Both the position numbers and the translations under genes were made by a program. The notes beneath the pieces are model-generated. The model had not been told where the DNA came from. It saw nothing but the letters and a program-made list of their open reading frames with translations, and did not search any database. From Nitrososphaerota archaeon (lineage in GTDB: Archaea > Thermoproteota > Nitrososphaeria > Nitrososphaerales > JAHFOH01), in assembly GCA_023266955.1 (NCBI GenBank), contig JAHFOH010000004.1, forward strand, positions 1 through 25,506: a DNA stretch of 25,506 nt, in the 5' to 3' direction. Shown here in pieces: positions 1 through 7,874 of the stretch (positions are counted from its first letter, which is position 1; every line of letters begins with the position of its first letter).

Positions 1-1108
1 TGAGACCGCTTCCAGTCAACACTAACACGACTCTACTGTCAGAACTGAGCTTACCGTTTTTTACCAACTTCTGCCAGCCTCCGAAAGCGACGGCTCCACT
101 CGGCTCCGCATAGATTCCTTTCCTAGCTAATTCATTGGTGGCATCAAGAATCTCCCTCTCCTTTAGTGCAATACATTTTCCCCCGACTTGACGGAGGGCT
201 GAGACCATTTCACCTAACCTAGGGGGCTTATGCGATATGAGGGCGTCAGCTACTGTCCCTTGATTTCTGCGTGGCCTGTAATCCCTCCCGTGAAATGCGT
301 GAAAGAGTGGAGATACATTCAGAGGTTGGACAGCCGTTATCGTGGGAATTGACCTAATTGTGCCAGATAGCATCATTTCTTTGAAGCCTTTAATGACTCC
401 TAGGAGAAGTCCGCCAACAGAGACGGGCAAGAAGACGTGTTCTGGAGCATTCCATAGGAGCTGCTCAGCGATTTCGTATGCAAGTGTCTTCATTCCCTCG
501 TTGAAGAAAGGATTCCACACGTGACTGACGTATAGCCCTCTTGCTTTCTGCGCTGCCCTTGACACGTCCTCCCGTGATCCGCGAATCCTGTGAAGTCTTG
601 CGCCATAAGCTGTTATTTGCCTAGCTTTGGCCTCAGAAACTTTCTGAGGAGCGTAAACATCACAACTGAGACCGGCTTTAGCACTATAGGCTGCTACTGA
701 TGCGCCTGCATTTCCTGAAGAGTCTTCTATCAGCCTCTTCTTTACCTTCAACCTTCCAACAATAGTAGATAGCATTGCTGACGATCCTCTGTCCTTGAAG
801 GAGCCCGTTGGCATAACAAAGTCCAGCTTCAACATAGTGTTACCGTGGTTAAGTGAAACAAGGGGGGTGAGACCTTCACCCATGGAAATCAATCTCTCTC
901 CGATAAAGGATAGCATACTTCGATAGCGCCACATAGAGTAATCACTCTCCAGAATTTTCCTCTTATCAAATGGTGTCCGTACTTCAGTCGTCAGAGGGTT
1001 CCCACATTTCCAGCAGCGCCAAGCCAGCTCATTTCGAGATGGCTCTCTACATACTGTACATAATATCTGGAAACTCGGTTGTTCCATCGGTATGTCCGCC
1101 TTGCGCAT
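1..1108 (-). CDS. thrC: Threonine synthase (fold-type II PLP enzyme with N-terminal CxxC..CxxC zinc ribbon); 3' end runs off the window
   Basis: Absent from the ORF track (no stop inside the window). Manual translation from ATG 1108 gives MRKADIPMEQ..CTVC..CWKC..SMGEGLTPL..PTGSFKDRG..EDSSGNAGASVAAYSA..EGMKTLAYEI..YAEPSGAVA..VLTGSGL, all ThrC motifs. Confidence 0.92.
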   Translation of the reverse strand, partial: MRKADIPMEQPSFQILCTVCREPSRNELAWRCWKCGNPLTTEVRTPFDKRKILESDYSMWRYRSMLSFIGERLISMGEGLTPLVSLNHGNTMLKLDFVMPTGSFKDRGSSAMLSTIVGRLKVKKRLIEDSSGNAGASVAAYSAKAGLSCDVYAPQKVSEAKARQITAYGARLHRIRGSREDVSRAAQKARGLYVSHVWNPFFNEGMKTLAYEIAEQLLWNAPEHVFLPVSVGGLLLGVIKGFKEMMLSGTIRSIPTITAVQPLNVSPLFHAFHGRDYRPRRNQGTVADALISHKPPRLGEMVSALRQVGGKCIALKEREILDATNELARKGIYAEPSGAVAFGGWQKLVKNGKLSSDSRVVLVLTGSGL

Positions 1109-1130
1109 GACCTTCTCAATCCTCCTTCCC

Positions 1131-1136
1131 TATAAG
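1131..1136 (-). promoter_or_regulatory. TATA box (CTTATA) for leaderless thrC
   Basis: CTTATA on the minus strand, 22 nt upstream of ATG 1108. Confidence 0.5.
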
Positions 1137-1151
1137 CTAAGATTGTAAATT

Positions 1152-1304
1152 GAGGCTGAGTCTGAGATCGTAGTACCGATTAAGAAGGATGGTAGAGCTT
1201 TAAGAGTGATAGATGTCGAGAGTGACAAACTGAATTAGTTTGTCGAAGATGACTGAAGACTACTCGAAAGAGCTGCCGAACACATGGCACGACTATGGCA
1301 ATAA
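1152..1304 (+). pseudogene. Remnant of the C-terminal half of a GAF-domain protein (fRMsr/MsrC/YebR-like)
   Basis: Frame reads EAESEIVVPIKKDGRALRVIDVESDKLN*FVEDD*RLLERAAEHMARLWQ*. This matches the SEIVVP..G..IDV(D/E)S..F...D...LE pattern of GAF/fRMsr proteins. In-frame stops at 1236 (TAG) and 1254 (TGA); no start codon or N-terminal half. Confidence 0.7.
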
Positions 1305-1324
1305 TCTAAGGTAATCGACTGACT

Positions 1325-1346
1325 AGCCTGAAAATGATTGCAGGCT
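1325..1346. terminator. Short hairpin between convergent genes
   Basis: AGCCTG (1325-1330) / CAGGCT (1341-1346) inverted repeat abutting the TAA of the minus-strand nucleotidyltransferase. Confidence 0.3.
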
Positions 1347-1904
1347 TTACCGGGTTGCCTTAGGATGGCTGAGTAAATCCGCCAAAATATCCGCGGTCGT
1401 CTCCTTTTTCGCGTTCTTCTTTACCGCCGATAGATTGACCTTCGTGAATCGAATGATGGATTTTACGTCCTGCCTGTCCTTCGAGACCCTTTCCGGGTCA
1501 AGTGTCGCCTTTATCATGCGGAGTTTAGTAAGTAGCAAGCCCTCTGGAGTCTCGTAGTAAGTTGGAAGCCGAAGGATTGAGCCGGATCGTCTCCTCAGAG
1601 GACGGTCTGAGAGTATAATGTCTACAGTGTGCGGGCTCCTAGTATCCTTGAGGGTAATTATCCTGTAACCAGTTCTTAGAGCCGACTCAACTTTGCGTTC
1701 ATTGACCTCAAGACGTGCTTTTTCTAAAGAGGTTAGTAGCCTCGGAAGTTCTTTCCTCGAAATTCTAACTATGACATCTATGTCCATCGTGGTTCTCGGT
1801 TGACCGTAGTAGCTCGAGGCTAAAGCGCCCGTCAGCATATAATTGAAGACGTCATTGTTGAGTCTAGTTACAATTCGCCGAACGAGGTCTTCGAAGCTTT
1901 CCAG
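1347..1904 (-). CDS. Putative nucleotidyltransferase (toxin-like, AbiEii/DUF6036-type fold)
   Basis: Motif LTGALASSYYGQPRTTMDID, C-terminal LLLTKL..KDRQD. The frame is open upstream of ATG 1838 to a TAG at 1908 and reads (CTG)ESFEDLVRRIVTRLNNDVFNYMLTG, so CTG 1904 is the only near-cognate start that includes the usual N-terminal helix. Confidence 0.7.
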   Translation of the reverse strand: MESFEDLVRRIVTRLNNDVFNYMLTGALASSYYGQPRTTMDIDVIVRISRKELPRLLTSLEKARLEVNERKVESALRTGYRIITLKDTRSPHTVDIILSDRPLRRRSGSILRLPTYYETPEGLLLTKLRMIKATLDPERVSKDRQDVKSIIRFTKVNLSAVKKNAKKETTADILADLLSHPKATR

Positions 1905-1907
1905 TTT

Positions 1908-2087
1908 CTAGACTTCCTGGTGAAGGTTTCTTCCGAATGCAATACGTCTCCGCGCTTGCAAAATTACTTTAACCTCCTCCAGCTTTGGATCCTGATCAAG
2001 GATCGAATCTACACAGATACGGGCTACAACACTACTCATGCTAATAGCCAAATTGACTCTTTCCTCCGCCCTCGACTTCCTCCCCAT
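1908..2087 (-). CDS. 59-aa small protein, probable partner/antitoxin of the downstream nucleotidyltransferase
   Basis: MGRKSRAEERVNLAISMSSVVARICVDSILDQDPKLEEVKVILQARRRIAFGRNLHQEV*. GAGGT RBS 7 nt upstream; stop 3 nt from the next gene's proposed start. Below the 60-aa cut-off of the track. Confidence 0.6.
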   Translation of the reverse strand: MGRKSRAEERVNLAISMSSVVARICVDSILDQDPKLEEVKVILQARRRIAFGRNLHQEV

Positions 2088-2165
2088 TGTTCTGACCTCT
2101 TGTCGTTTGATGAAAGTTTAACTTTTAGTCTTGGGGAGATTGGATGGTATCCTACAGGATTATAG

Positions 2166-2522
2166 CTACTGCTCAGTGTATAGCTCTTCAGCGCCCTTGA
2201 TACAGAGAAATGTAAAAGGATGGCTCACTATGTTCAGAAACTGATGCGCCGTATTGGACGGTACGAAGACCGTCTCCCCCGGTTTCACTTCCATCTCCTA
2301 GTCACCAACTCTTGCTAATCTCCTTCCCTCGAGAATGTAGACTTGGTGCTCGTAAGGATCTCTATTAAGAGGCGTATAACCACCTGATTCAACTGTGTAG
2401 TGTCTAAGGAAGAATTTCTGAGCGCCGTCGGTTCTATCTATCAGGTATTTCACCACTACTTTGTGAGCGCCTTTCTTCTCTAGAACTTTAGCGTCCTTCT
2501 GCTCAACGTTGATAGCGTACAT
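2166..2522 (-). pseudogene. Cupin-domain protein interrupted by an in-frame TAG
   Basis: After the TAG at 2298-2300 the same frame continues EMEVKPGETVFVPSNTAHQFLNIVSHPFTFLCIKGAEELYTEQ*, which is cupin motif 2. Motif 1 is degenerate (GGYTPLNRDPYEHQVYILEGRR where HxH and GxG are expected). Confidence 0.8.
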
Positions 2523-2533
2523 TTCACATTCAC

Positions 2534-2688
2534 CTACATCGCATTCTTAGTAGCTTGGGCATGAAGCTCTGAGAGCTTCCTCGCAGTGTTTTCGTCGAAA
2601 CCAGCCATCCTAAGCCTCTCTACGCGACGTTCATTCATATGTCTATGCAATTCTTTTGCTGCTTGCTCGGCCCTCGTGTCTTCTCCAT
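2534..2688 (-). other. Possible small frameshifted ORF between asd and the cupin
   Basis: Frame ..EDTRAEQAAKELHRHMNERRVERLRMAGFDENTARKLSELHAQATKNAM* (stop 2534). The nearest upstream ATG (2688) is in another frame; an in-frame ATG at 2638 gives 34 aa. Confidence 0.25.
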
Positions 2689-2697
2689 TCTCGGCGG

Positions 2698-3771
2698 CTA
2701 CAAGTAACCTTCCTTCTTCAGAAGCTCGGCTACAAGAACAGCACCCTTGGCGGCGCCCATCTTTGTGTTATGTGAGACCAACACATACTTAATGCCGTTT
2801 GGAACAGCGTCGTCTCTTCTTAGCCTACCGACAGAAGTTGCCATTCCATCGTAGAGATTTCTGTCAAGCCTGGGCTGAGGTCTCATGGGATCATCGTGCA
2901 ATACGATCATCTCTTTTGGAGCTGAGAGGAGACCTAATTTCGAAATCTCTCCACTCCATTTCTTCATCGCCATCTTCACATCCTCAACGTCGCAGCTCTT
3001 TTTCGTCGAGACTGTAGCAGATTCGGTATGACCGTCCTTTACGTTCACCCTTGTGCAGGTGCTGCTCACGTTGAAATCAGCAGGCTCTACGCTAGATCCA
3101 GACAACTTTCCTAGAATCTTTCGAGTCTCCCTCTGAACCTTCTCCTCCTCACGAGGAATGTAAGGGATCACATTATCTATTACATCTAGCGATAGGACGC
3201 CGGGATTTCTTCCAGCGCCAGACACTGCTTGCATAGAAGTCATGATGACAAAGTTGATTCCGAATCTATCGTAGATCGGCTTTAGTGTTATCGCGAGACC
3301 CGTAGCCGTACAATTCGGTATAGGAGTGATGAATCCCTTCCAGCCTCTCTTCTTCCTCTGAACCTCAAGTAGTCTTACATGCGCATTGTTGACGCCGGGC
3401 ACTAAAACAGGAACGTCTTCTTCATATCTGAATGCGGAGGCAGTGCTTACAACGGCAGTCTTCTCTGCATATTTGGGCTCGAGCACCTTTGCAACATCTG
3501 CCTCTACTCCAGTGAAGATGACATCGTAATTAGAAGGTCTAATACTCGACGAGCTAGTAACCTTCATCCCTCCAACCTCATCGGGCATCTCTTCATCGCA
3601 GTACCAGCCTAGTGCACCGGTTGATTCACTTCTTATCGCATCCGCGTACCTCTTCCCAGCAGAGCGCTCTGATGCTACTAATGCTGAGATCTCGAACCAG
3701 GGATGTTTGTGCAATGCAACTATGAATTGCTGTCCGACTATGCCGGTGGCGCCGACTATCGCAGCTTTCAA
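2698..3771 (-). CDS. asd: Aspartate-semialdehyde dehydrogenase (archaeal type)
   Basis: GATGIVGQQF Rossmann motif, PNCTAT catalytic Cys, SMQAVSGAG, SHNTKMGAAKGA; TTG start. Confidence 0.96.
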   Translation of the reverse strand: MKAAIVGATGIVGQQFIVALHKHPWFEISALVASERSAGKRYADAIRSESTGALGWYCDEEMPDEVGGMKVTSSSSIRPSNYDVIFTGVEADVAKVLEPKYAEKTAVVSTASAFRYEEDVPVLVPGVNNAHVRLLEVQRKKRGWKGFITPIPNCTATGLAITLKPIYDRFGINFVIMTSMQAVSGAGRNPGVLSLDVIDNVIPYIPREEEKVQRETRKILGKLSGSSVEPADFNVSSTCTRVNVKDGHTESATVSTKKSCDVEDVKMAMKKWSGEISKLGLLSAPKEMIVLHDDPMRPQPRLDRNLYDGMATSVGRLRRDDAVPNGIKYVLVSHNTKMGAAKGAVLVAELLKKEGYL

Positions 3772-3798
3772 CGTAAAATCAGCGAACTAATCTCCGCG

Positions 3799-3805
3799 TT
3801 AATAA
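3799..3805 (-). promoter_or_regulatory. TATA box (TTATTAA) for asd
   Basis: 27 nt upstream of TTG 3771; no RBS in between. Confidence 0.55.
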
Positions 3806-3850
3806 TCCTTTGAATCCATATTCAGTCGTCCTCGGACCTAAGCAAAGTCA

Positions 3851-3857
3851 ATAAATA
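3851..3857 (+). promoter_or_regulatory. TATA-like box (ATAAATA) for ilvC, divergent from asd
   Basis: 29 nt upstream of TTG 3887, preceded by purine-rich CAAAG. Confidence 0.45.
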
Positions 3858-3886
3858 ATCCAATTCTAACCCGGCGCTGAGCCTAA

Positions 3887-4885
3887 TTGGCGAAAATATG
3901 GTACGACGCAGATATCGACCTAGGCAGCATCAAGAGTGAAACTATAGGCGTGCTTGGTTATGGTATCCAGGGCAGCGCCCAAGCTTGTAACATGAAAGAT
4001 TCTGGGCTTAATGTGGTAGTGGGACTGAGGAAGGGTGGGGAGAGCTGGGCAAAAGCCGTGAAGGATGGATGCCAAGTGGCGGAGGTGAGCGAGGTAGCCA
4101 AAAGGGCTGACATTATTCACCTTCTCGTCCCAGACATGGTTCAAGCAAAGCTGTACAGGGATGAAGTGCGACCGCATCTGAAAGAAGGCAAGGCACTCTC
4201 ATTCTCACATGGAGCCGCTATCCACTGGAAGTGGATTGAGCCTCCCAAGTGGGTAGATGTCCTGATGATCGCCCCGAAGGCTCCGGGGCAAAGGATGAGG
4301 GAGCTTTACCTACAACGATCCGGAGTTCCGGCGTTAGTAGCTGTTCATCAAGATTATACTGGAAGAGCGTGGCAGAGAATCCTTGCAGTTGCAAAGGCAA
4401 CTGGGTGCTCTAGAGCTGGATTAATTCAAACAACCTTCAAGGAAGAGGTGGAGACGGACTGGTTTGGAGAGCAGGTGGATCTCTGCGGTGGCGTCGACAG
4501 ACTGATAAGGGTAGCATTTGAAACACTAGTTGAAAGTGGCTATCAACCCGAAGTTGCTTACTTTGAATGCCTACACGAGCTGAAGCTCATAGTCGATCTG
4601 ATTCAAAAGTATGGTATCACTGGTATGTACAATAGAGTAAGTGAAACGGCGCGATATGGAGGGTTGACCAGAGGGAAGGTGGTGATAAGCGAAGGGACAA
4701 AGGAGGCGATGCGAAAAGTTCTATCTGAGATAAAATCTGGAACTTTCGCTAAAGAATGGGTTGCGGCATACGAAAAGGAAGGCCCTAAAGCATTCGGTAA
4801 GTACCTTAGTGATCTAGAGCGGCATCCGATAGAGCAGGTAGGTCAAAGGCTCAGGAAAATGATGCGCCCTGATACAACTGAATAA
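3887..4885 (+). CDS. ilvC: Ketol-acid reductoisomerase (class I)
   Basis: GYGIQGSAQACNMKDSG, FSHG, APKAPG, ETDWFGEQVDLCGG, AYFECLHELKLIVDLI, SETARYG. Confidence 0.97.
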   Translation: MAKIWYDADIDLGSIKSETIGVLGYGIQGSAQACNMKDSGLNVVVGLRKGGESWAKAVKDGCQVAEVSEVAKRADIIHLLVPDMVQAKLYRDEVRPHLKEGKALSFSHGAAIHWKWIEPPKWVDVLMIAPKAPGQRMRELYLQRSGVPALVAVHQDYTGRAWQRILAVAKATGCSRAGLIQTTFKEEVETDWFGEQVDLCGGVDRLIRVAFETLVESGYQPEVAYFECLHELKLIVDLIQKYGITGMYNRVSETARYGGLTRGKVVISEGTKEAMRKVLSEIKSGTFAKEWVAAYEKEGPKAFGKYLSDLERHPIEQVGQRLRKMMRPDTTE

Positions 4886-4937
4886 TGACGGGACTTAAGG
4901 ACCAGCCACGGACTTCTCGATCAGCTTGTACCTCCAA

Positions 4938-5336
4938 TTATTCAAAAACTCTCCTTAATCCCTTGACGCGATCAAAATCGGTATCGGTAGAGTAGATTTC
5001 GTCTACCCCCATTCCCCTCATGGCTCGGACCGTAAGCGCATCAACGAAGTCTATTGAGTATTCTTCGACATCTTTCGGCGCCTCTAGGAAGTCATTCCAT
5101 GTGTTAGGTAACTTTTGAAGAGCAATATACGAGTTGACGGCCTTGACAAAGGTTTCGACTTCATTCTTGCGTCGGTTGTATTCGAGCCAGTCCACCACTT
5201 CTTGTAGGACAGCTAAGGTTACCAGAGCTTCCTCTCCATTCTCGATCCGCTTGAGGATGACCCTAGAGGTCTCGTAGACGGTTCTGGGCGATTTCACTAG
5301 CACGTAGATGAAGACGTTTGTATCAACGAACCTCAA
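4938..5336 (-). CDS. vapC: PIN-domain toxin, VapC family
   Basis: FVDTNVF N-terminal Asp, VLQE, DFVDALT, IYSTDTDFD; 132 aa; overlaps the antitoxin stop by 4 nt. Confidence 0.9.
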   Translation of the reverse strand: MRFVDTNVFIYVLVKSPRTVYETSRVILKRIENGEEALVTLAVLQEVVDWLEYNRRKNEVETFVKAVNSYIALQKLPNTWNDFLEAPKDVEEYSIDFVDALTVRAMRGMGVDEIYSTDTDFDRVKGLRRVFE

Positions 5337-5596
5337 CGCCGTCGCCGCTTCCGGTCAAGCCTTGCTGCCGTCGCCTTCCTCAGCTCCTCATCGATAGGTT
5401 CCCTCACTGTGATACCGGCGGTGAGACCACTCAGCGCCTCTGTCGGGTTAAGCAAGGTGTTGGCAGGTAGAATGACTATCCTCCCTCCCAGAGCCTGAAG
5501 GGTCACAGCTTCTCCCTCCTTAATGCCAAGTCTCTCTCTCAACTCCTTCGGAATGGTGATCTTCCCCTTCTGGAGGACCTTAACTTGTATGTCCAA
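5333..5596 (-). CDS. vapB: AbrB/MazE/SpoVT-family antitoxin
   Basis: KVLQKGKITIPKELRERLGIKEGEAV swapped-hairpin signature; directly upstream of the PIN gene. Confidence 0.88.
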   Translation of the reverse strand: MDIQVKVLQKGKITIPKELRERLGIKEGEAVTLQALGGRIVILPANTLLNPTEALSGLTAGITVREPIDEELRKATAARLDRKRRRR

Positions 5597-5689
5597 GACA
5601 ACTCGCTAAAGACATCTACGTCGGTTATCTAAAAGGATTACCCCAGAAGATTTCCCCGTAAGGTACCATACGATACCCCATGGTTAGCC

Positions 5690-7378
5690 TTAGTGACAAA
5701 CAGCTCCTAAAGAGGCAGACTTGACGAGCATCGCGTACTTAGCCAAGGCTCCACGAGTATACCTAGGCTTTGGAGGCTTCCATCTCTTCAGCCTCTTTCT
5801 AATCTCGTTCTGCGTTAGTTCTATCTCTAGTTTTCTTTTTATCGCGTCTACGAGAATTGTGTCTCCGTCTCTAACAGCAGCTATCGGCCCACCTACAACT
5901 GCTTCAGGTGCTACATGCCCAACCATCAGACCGCGCGTTGCACCAGAGAATCTTCCGTCGGTGACAAGCGCTACTTTATCGCCTAATCCCTGACCGATAA
6001 TCATAGCCGTTACAGCGAGCATCTCCCTCATTCCAGGCCCGCCCTTCGGCCCCTCATAGCGTATCACGACCACCTCACCGGCCTTGATCTCCCTCTTCTC
6101 CAAAGCTCTGAAAGTCTCTTCTTCGCTGTCGAAGACATGCGCAGGGCCCCGATGCCTGAGGTTCTCAACGCCGGAAACTTTTAGGACTGCACCTTCAGGC
6201 GCCAGATTGCCTCTCAGGATAACCAACGAACCGGTGCGATGTATCGGATTCTCTACAGTTCTCACCACATCTTGGGAGCTAGGGAAGGTCAAGTCTCTCA
6301 GGTTTTCCCTGACAGTCTTACCCGTAACAGTTAGTGCATCGCCGTTAAGCAGTCCTGCGTCCAACAACTTCTTCATTACCAGAGGTACGCCCCCAACATT
6401 GTCAAGCTCAGCCATGACATACCGGCCTCCCGGCCTCATGTCAGCTATGTGTGGTGTTCGACCGCTTACTCGGTTGAAGTCGTGAAGATCCAGTTTGACT
6501 TTGGCCTCATAAGCTATGGCGAGTAAGTGTAGAACCGCGTTAGTTGACCCACCCATCGCTACTACTACGGCCATAGCATTCTCCAAGGCTTCATATGTAA
6601 TGATGTCACTCGGTCTGATGCCATTTTCTAGCAGCGCCAAGACTGCTGCACCGCTTTTGACAGCCATCTGAAATCGTTGTTCATCAACTGCTGGCGGCGA
6701 AGCACTCCCCGGTAAAGAAATGCCCACGGCCTCAAGAGCTGAGGCCATAGTGTTGGCTGTGAATAGACCACCACATGATCCTTCACCCGGACAAGCGCTA
6801 ACTTCTAGCTCCCTTAACTGCTGAAGAGTCATGTTACCAGTGGAATAAGCTCCAACCGCCTCATACACATCTTGGATGGTTACGTTTCTTCCGTCGAATT
6901 TTCCTGGGAGTATGGTCCCGCCGTATAGGAATACCGCAGGAAGGTTGAGTCTAGCGATAGCCATAACCGAACCAGGAAGGCTTTTGTCACATCCAGCCAC
7001 TGTTACCAAACCGTCAAAACGCTCTGCGATAACCATTAGTTCTATCGAATCAGCGATGACCTCCCTGCTCACTAGAGAAGCCTTCATACCCTCGTGACCC
7101 ATGGCGATGGCATCGCTGACGGCTATCGTCCCGAACTCAAAGGGAGTCCCGCCAGCGGCTTTAACCCCCTCCTTAACTTTCTTGGCAACTCTGTCCAAAT
7201 GATAGTTACATGGGGTGACTTCATTCCACGTACTGGAAACTCCGATGAAAGGTCTCGCTAGGTCTTCATCGCTCAGACCCATGGCTCGGAGCATCGCTCT
7301 ATGCGGAGCTCTTTCAATGCCTTCAGTTACTTCCCTGCTCCGATGCTTAAATTTGCCAACATCCTCAGTGGCAGACAT
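5690..7378 (-). CDS. ilvD: Dihydroxy-acid dehydratase
   Basis: [76 protein letters not shown]. Confidence 0.97.
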   Translation of the reverse strand: MSATEDVGKFKHRSREVTEGIERAPHRAMLRAMGLSDEDLARPFIGVSSTWNEVTPCNYHLDRVAKKVKEGVKAAGGTPFEFGTIAVSDAIAMGHEGMKASLVSREVIADSIELMVIAERFDGLVTVAGCDKSLPGSVMAIARLNLPAVFLYGGTILPGKFDGRNVTIQDVYEAVGAYSTGNMTLQQLRELEVSACPGEGSCGGLFTANTMASALEAVGISLPGSASPPAVDEQRFQMAVKSGAAVLALLENGIRPSDIITYEALENAMAVVVAMGGSTNAVLHLLAIAYEAKVKLDLHDFNRVSGRTPHIADMRPGGRYVMAELDNVGGVPLVMKKLLDAGLLNGDALTVTGKTVRENLRDLTFPSSQDVVRTVENPIHRTGSLVILRGNLAPEGAVLKVSGVENLRHRGPAHVFDSEEETFRALEKREIKAGEVVVIRYEGPKGGPGMREMLAVTAMIIGQGLGDKVALVTDGRFSGATRGLMVGHVAPEAVVGGPIAAVRDGDTILVDAIKRKLEIELTQNEIRKRLKRWKPPKPRYTRGALAKYAMLVKSASLGAVCH

Positions 7379-7700
7379 GATTTTGACGATCTCCGGGGTT
7401 CAAAACATTTGATGACATTTAAAATCCATGCGTTATAGAGGGCTGAAAGAAGGTCTAGATACCGCAGAAGAGCTGCTCGCACTGGGATACCGACTTGAAC
7501 CCTTAATGGGCCTTAGGGTCATGCTTGGGTGTCATCGCGTTGATTACCACCTTAATATGTAGCACATCTTGGGCTACACTTCTCCAGATCGCAACTCTTG
7601 ATGCTTGTAGAGCAAGATTTAGGTGAGTTGCATAGTCGGCTTCTTGTAACAAGTGAATCCTTTTGAAGGGATTATCTTAACAGCATCGCCATACTTTACC

Positions 7701-7714
7701 AGAAACCTTATTAA
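7701..7714 (+). promoter_or_regulatory. BRE/TATA promoter (AGAAACC-TTATTAA) of the ilv-leu operon
   Basis: TTATTAA at 7708-7714 lies 27 nt before ATG 7742, the same spacing as the asd and pheA promoters, but about 190 nt before ilvB. Confidence 0.6.
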
Positions 7715-7741
7715 CCAATCAGGAAATTCGCCGTCAACTAA

Positions 7742-7837
7742 ATGTCGCATAATGTCGCAGCGGTGAGTGGTGCCTTCAGGCCCTCACCTGTAGTGATTGC
7801 TGCGAGTTTGATTCTCGTTATTATTCTTCTCTTGTAA
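7742..7837 (+). CDS. Putative ilv-leu operon leader peptide (31 aa, Ile/Leu/Val-rich)
   Basis: MSHNVAAVSGAFRPSPVVIAASLILVIILLL*: 14 of 31 residues are I/L/V, including 12 of the last 15 and all of the last 9. It is the first ORF after the TATA box, upstream of the BCAA operon. Confidence 0.75.
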   Translation: MSHNVAAVSGAFRPSPVVIAASLILVIILLL

Positions 7838-7874
7838 AGCCCACAAAAAGCAAGTTACCTGTTGCTTGTGGGCT
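7838..7874 (+). terminator. Attenuator-like hairpin directly after the leader stop codon
   Basis: AGCCCAC (7838-44) / GTGGGCT (7868-74) plus AAGCAA (7848-53) / TTGCTT (7862-67), 3-A bulge, 8-nt loop, followed by GTTTCTCCC. Confidence 0.55.

Noticed and set aside
2298-2300. Pyrrolysine recoding of in-frame TAGs (cupin; also 1236 and 20721)
   Set aside because: No pyl genes are in the window, many intact genes here end in TAG, and the cupin and GAF frames carry other lesions.
5597-5689. CCCC-containing short repeats and a GGTACC palindrome upstream of vapB as an antitoxin operator
   Set aside because: Too short and imperfect to distinguish from chance by eye.
7428-7690. About 260-nt unexplained spacer with a 44-aa plus-strand ORF (7428-7562) and a ~50-aa minus-strand frame
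   Set aside because: No recognisable motif, RBS or amino-acid bias. The plus ORF starts within the probable ilvD promoter. A tblastn search would be needed to detect a remnant.
7742-7837. Reading the 31-aa ORF simply as a small membrane protein or signal peptide
   Set aside because: Not excluded, but disfavoured. The hydrophobic run lacks Phe/Trp/Met/Gly, ends at the stop with no flanking charge, and exactly matches the products of the downstream operon.
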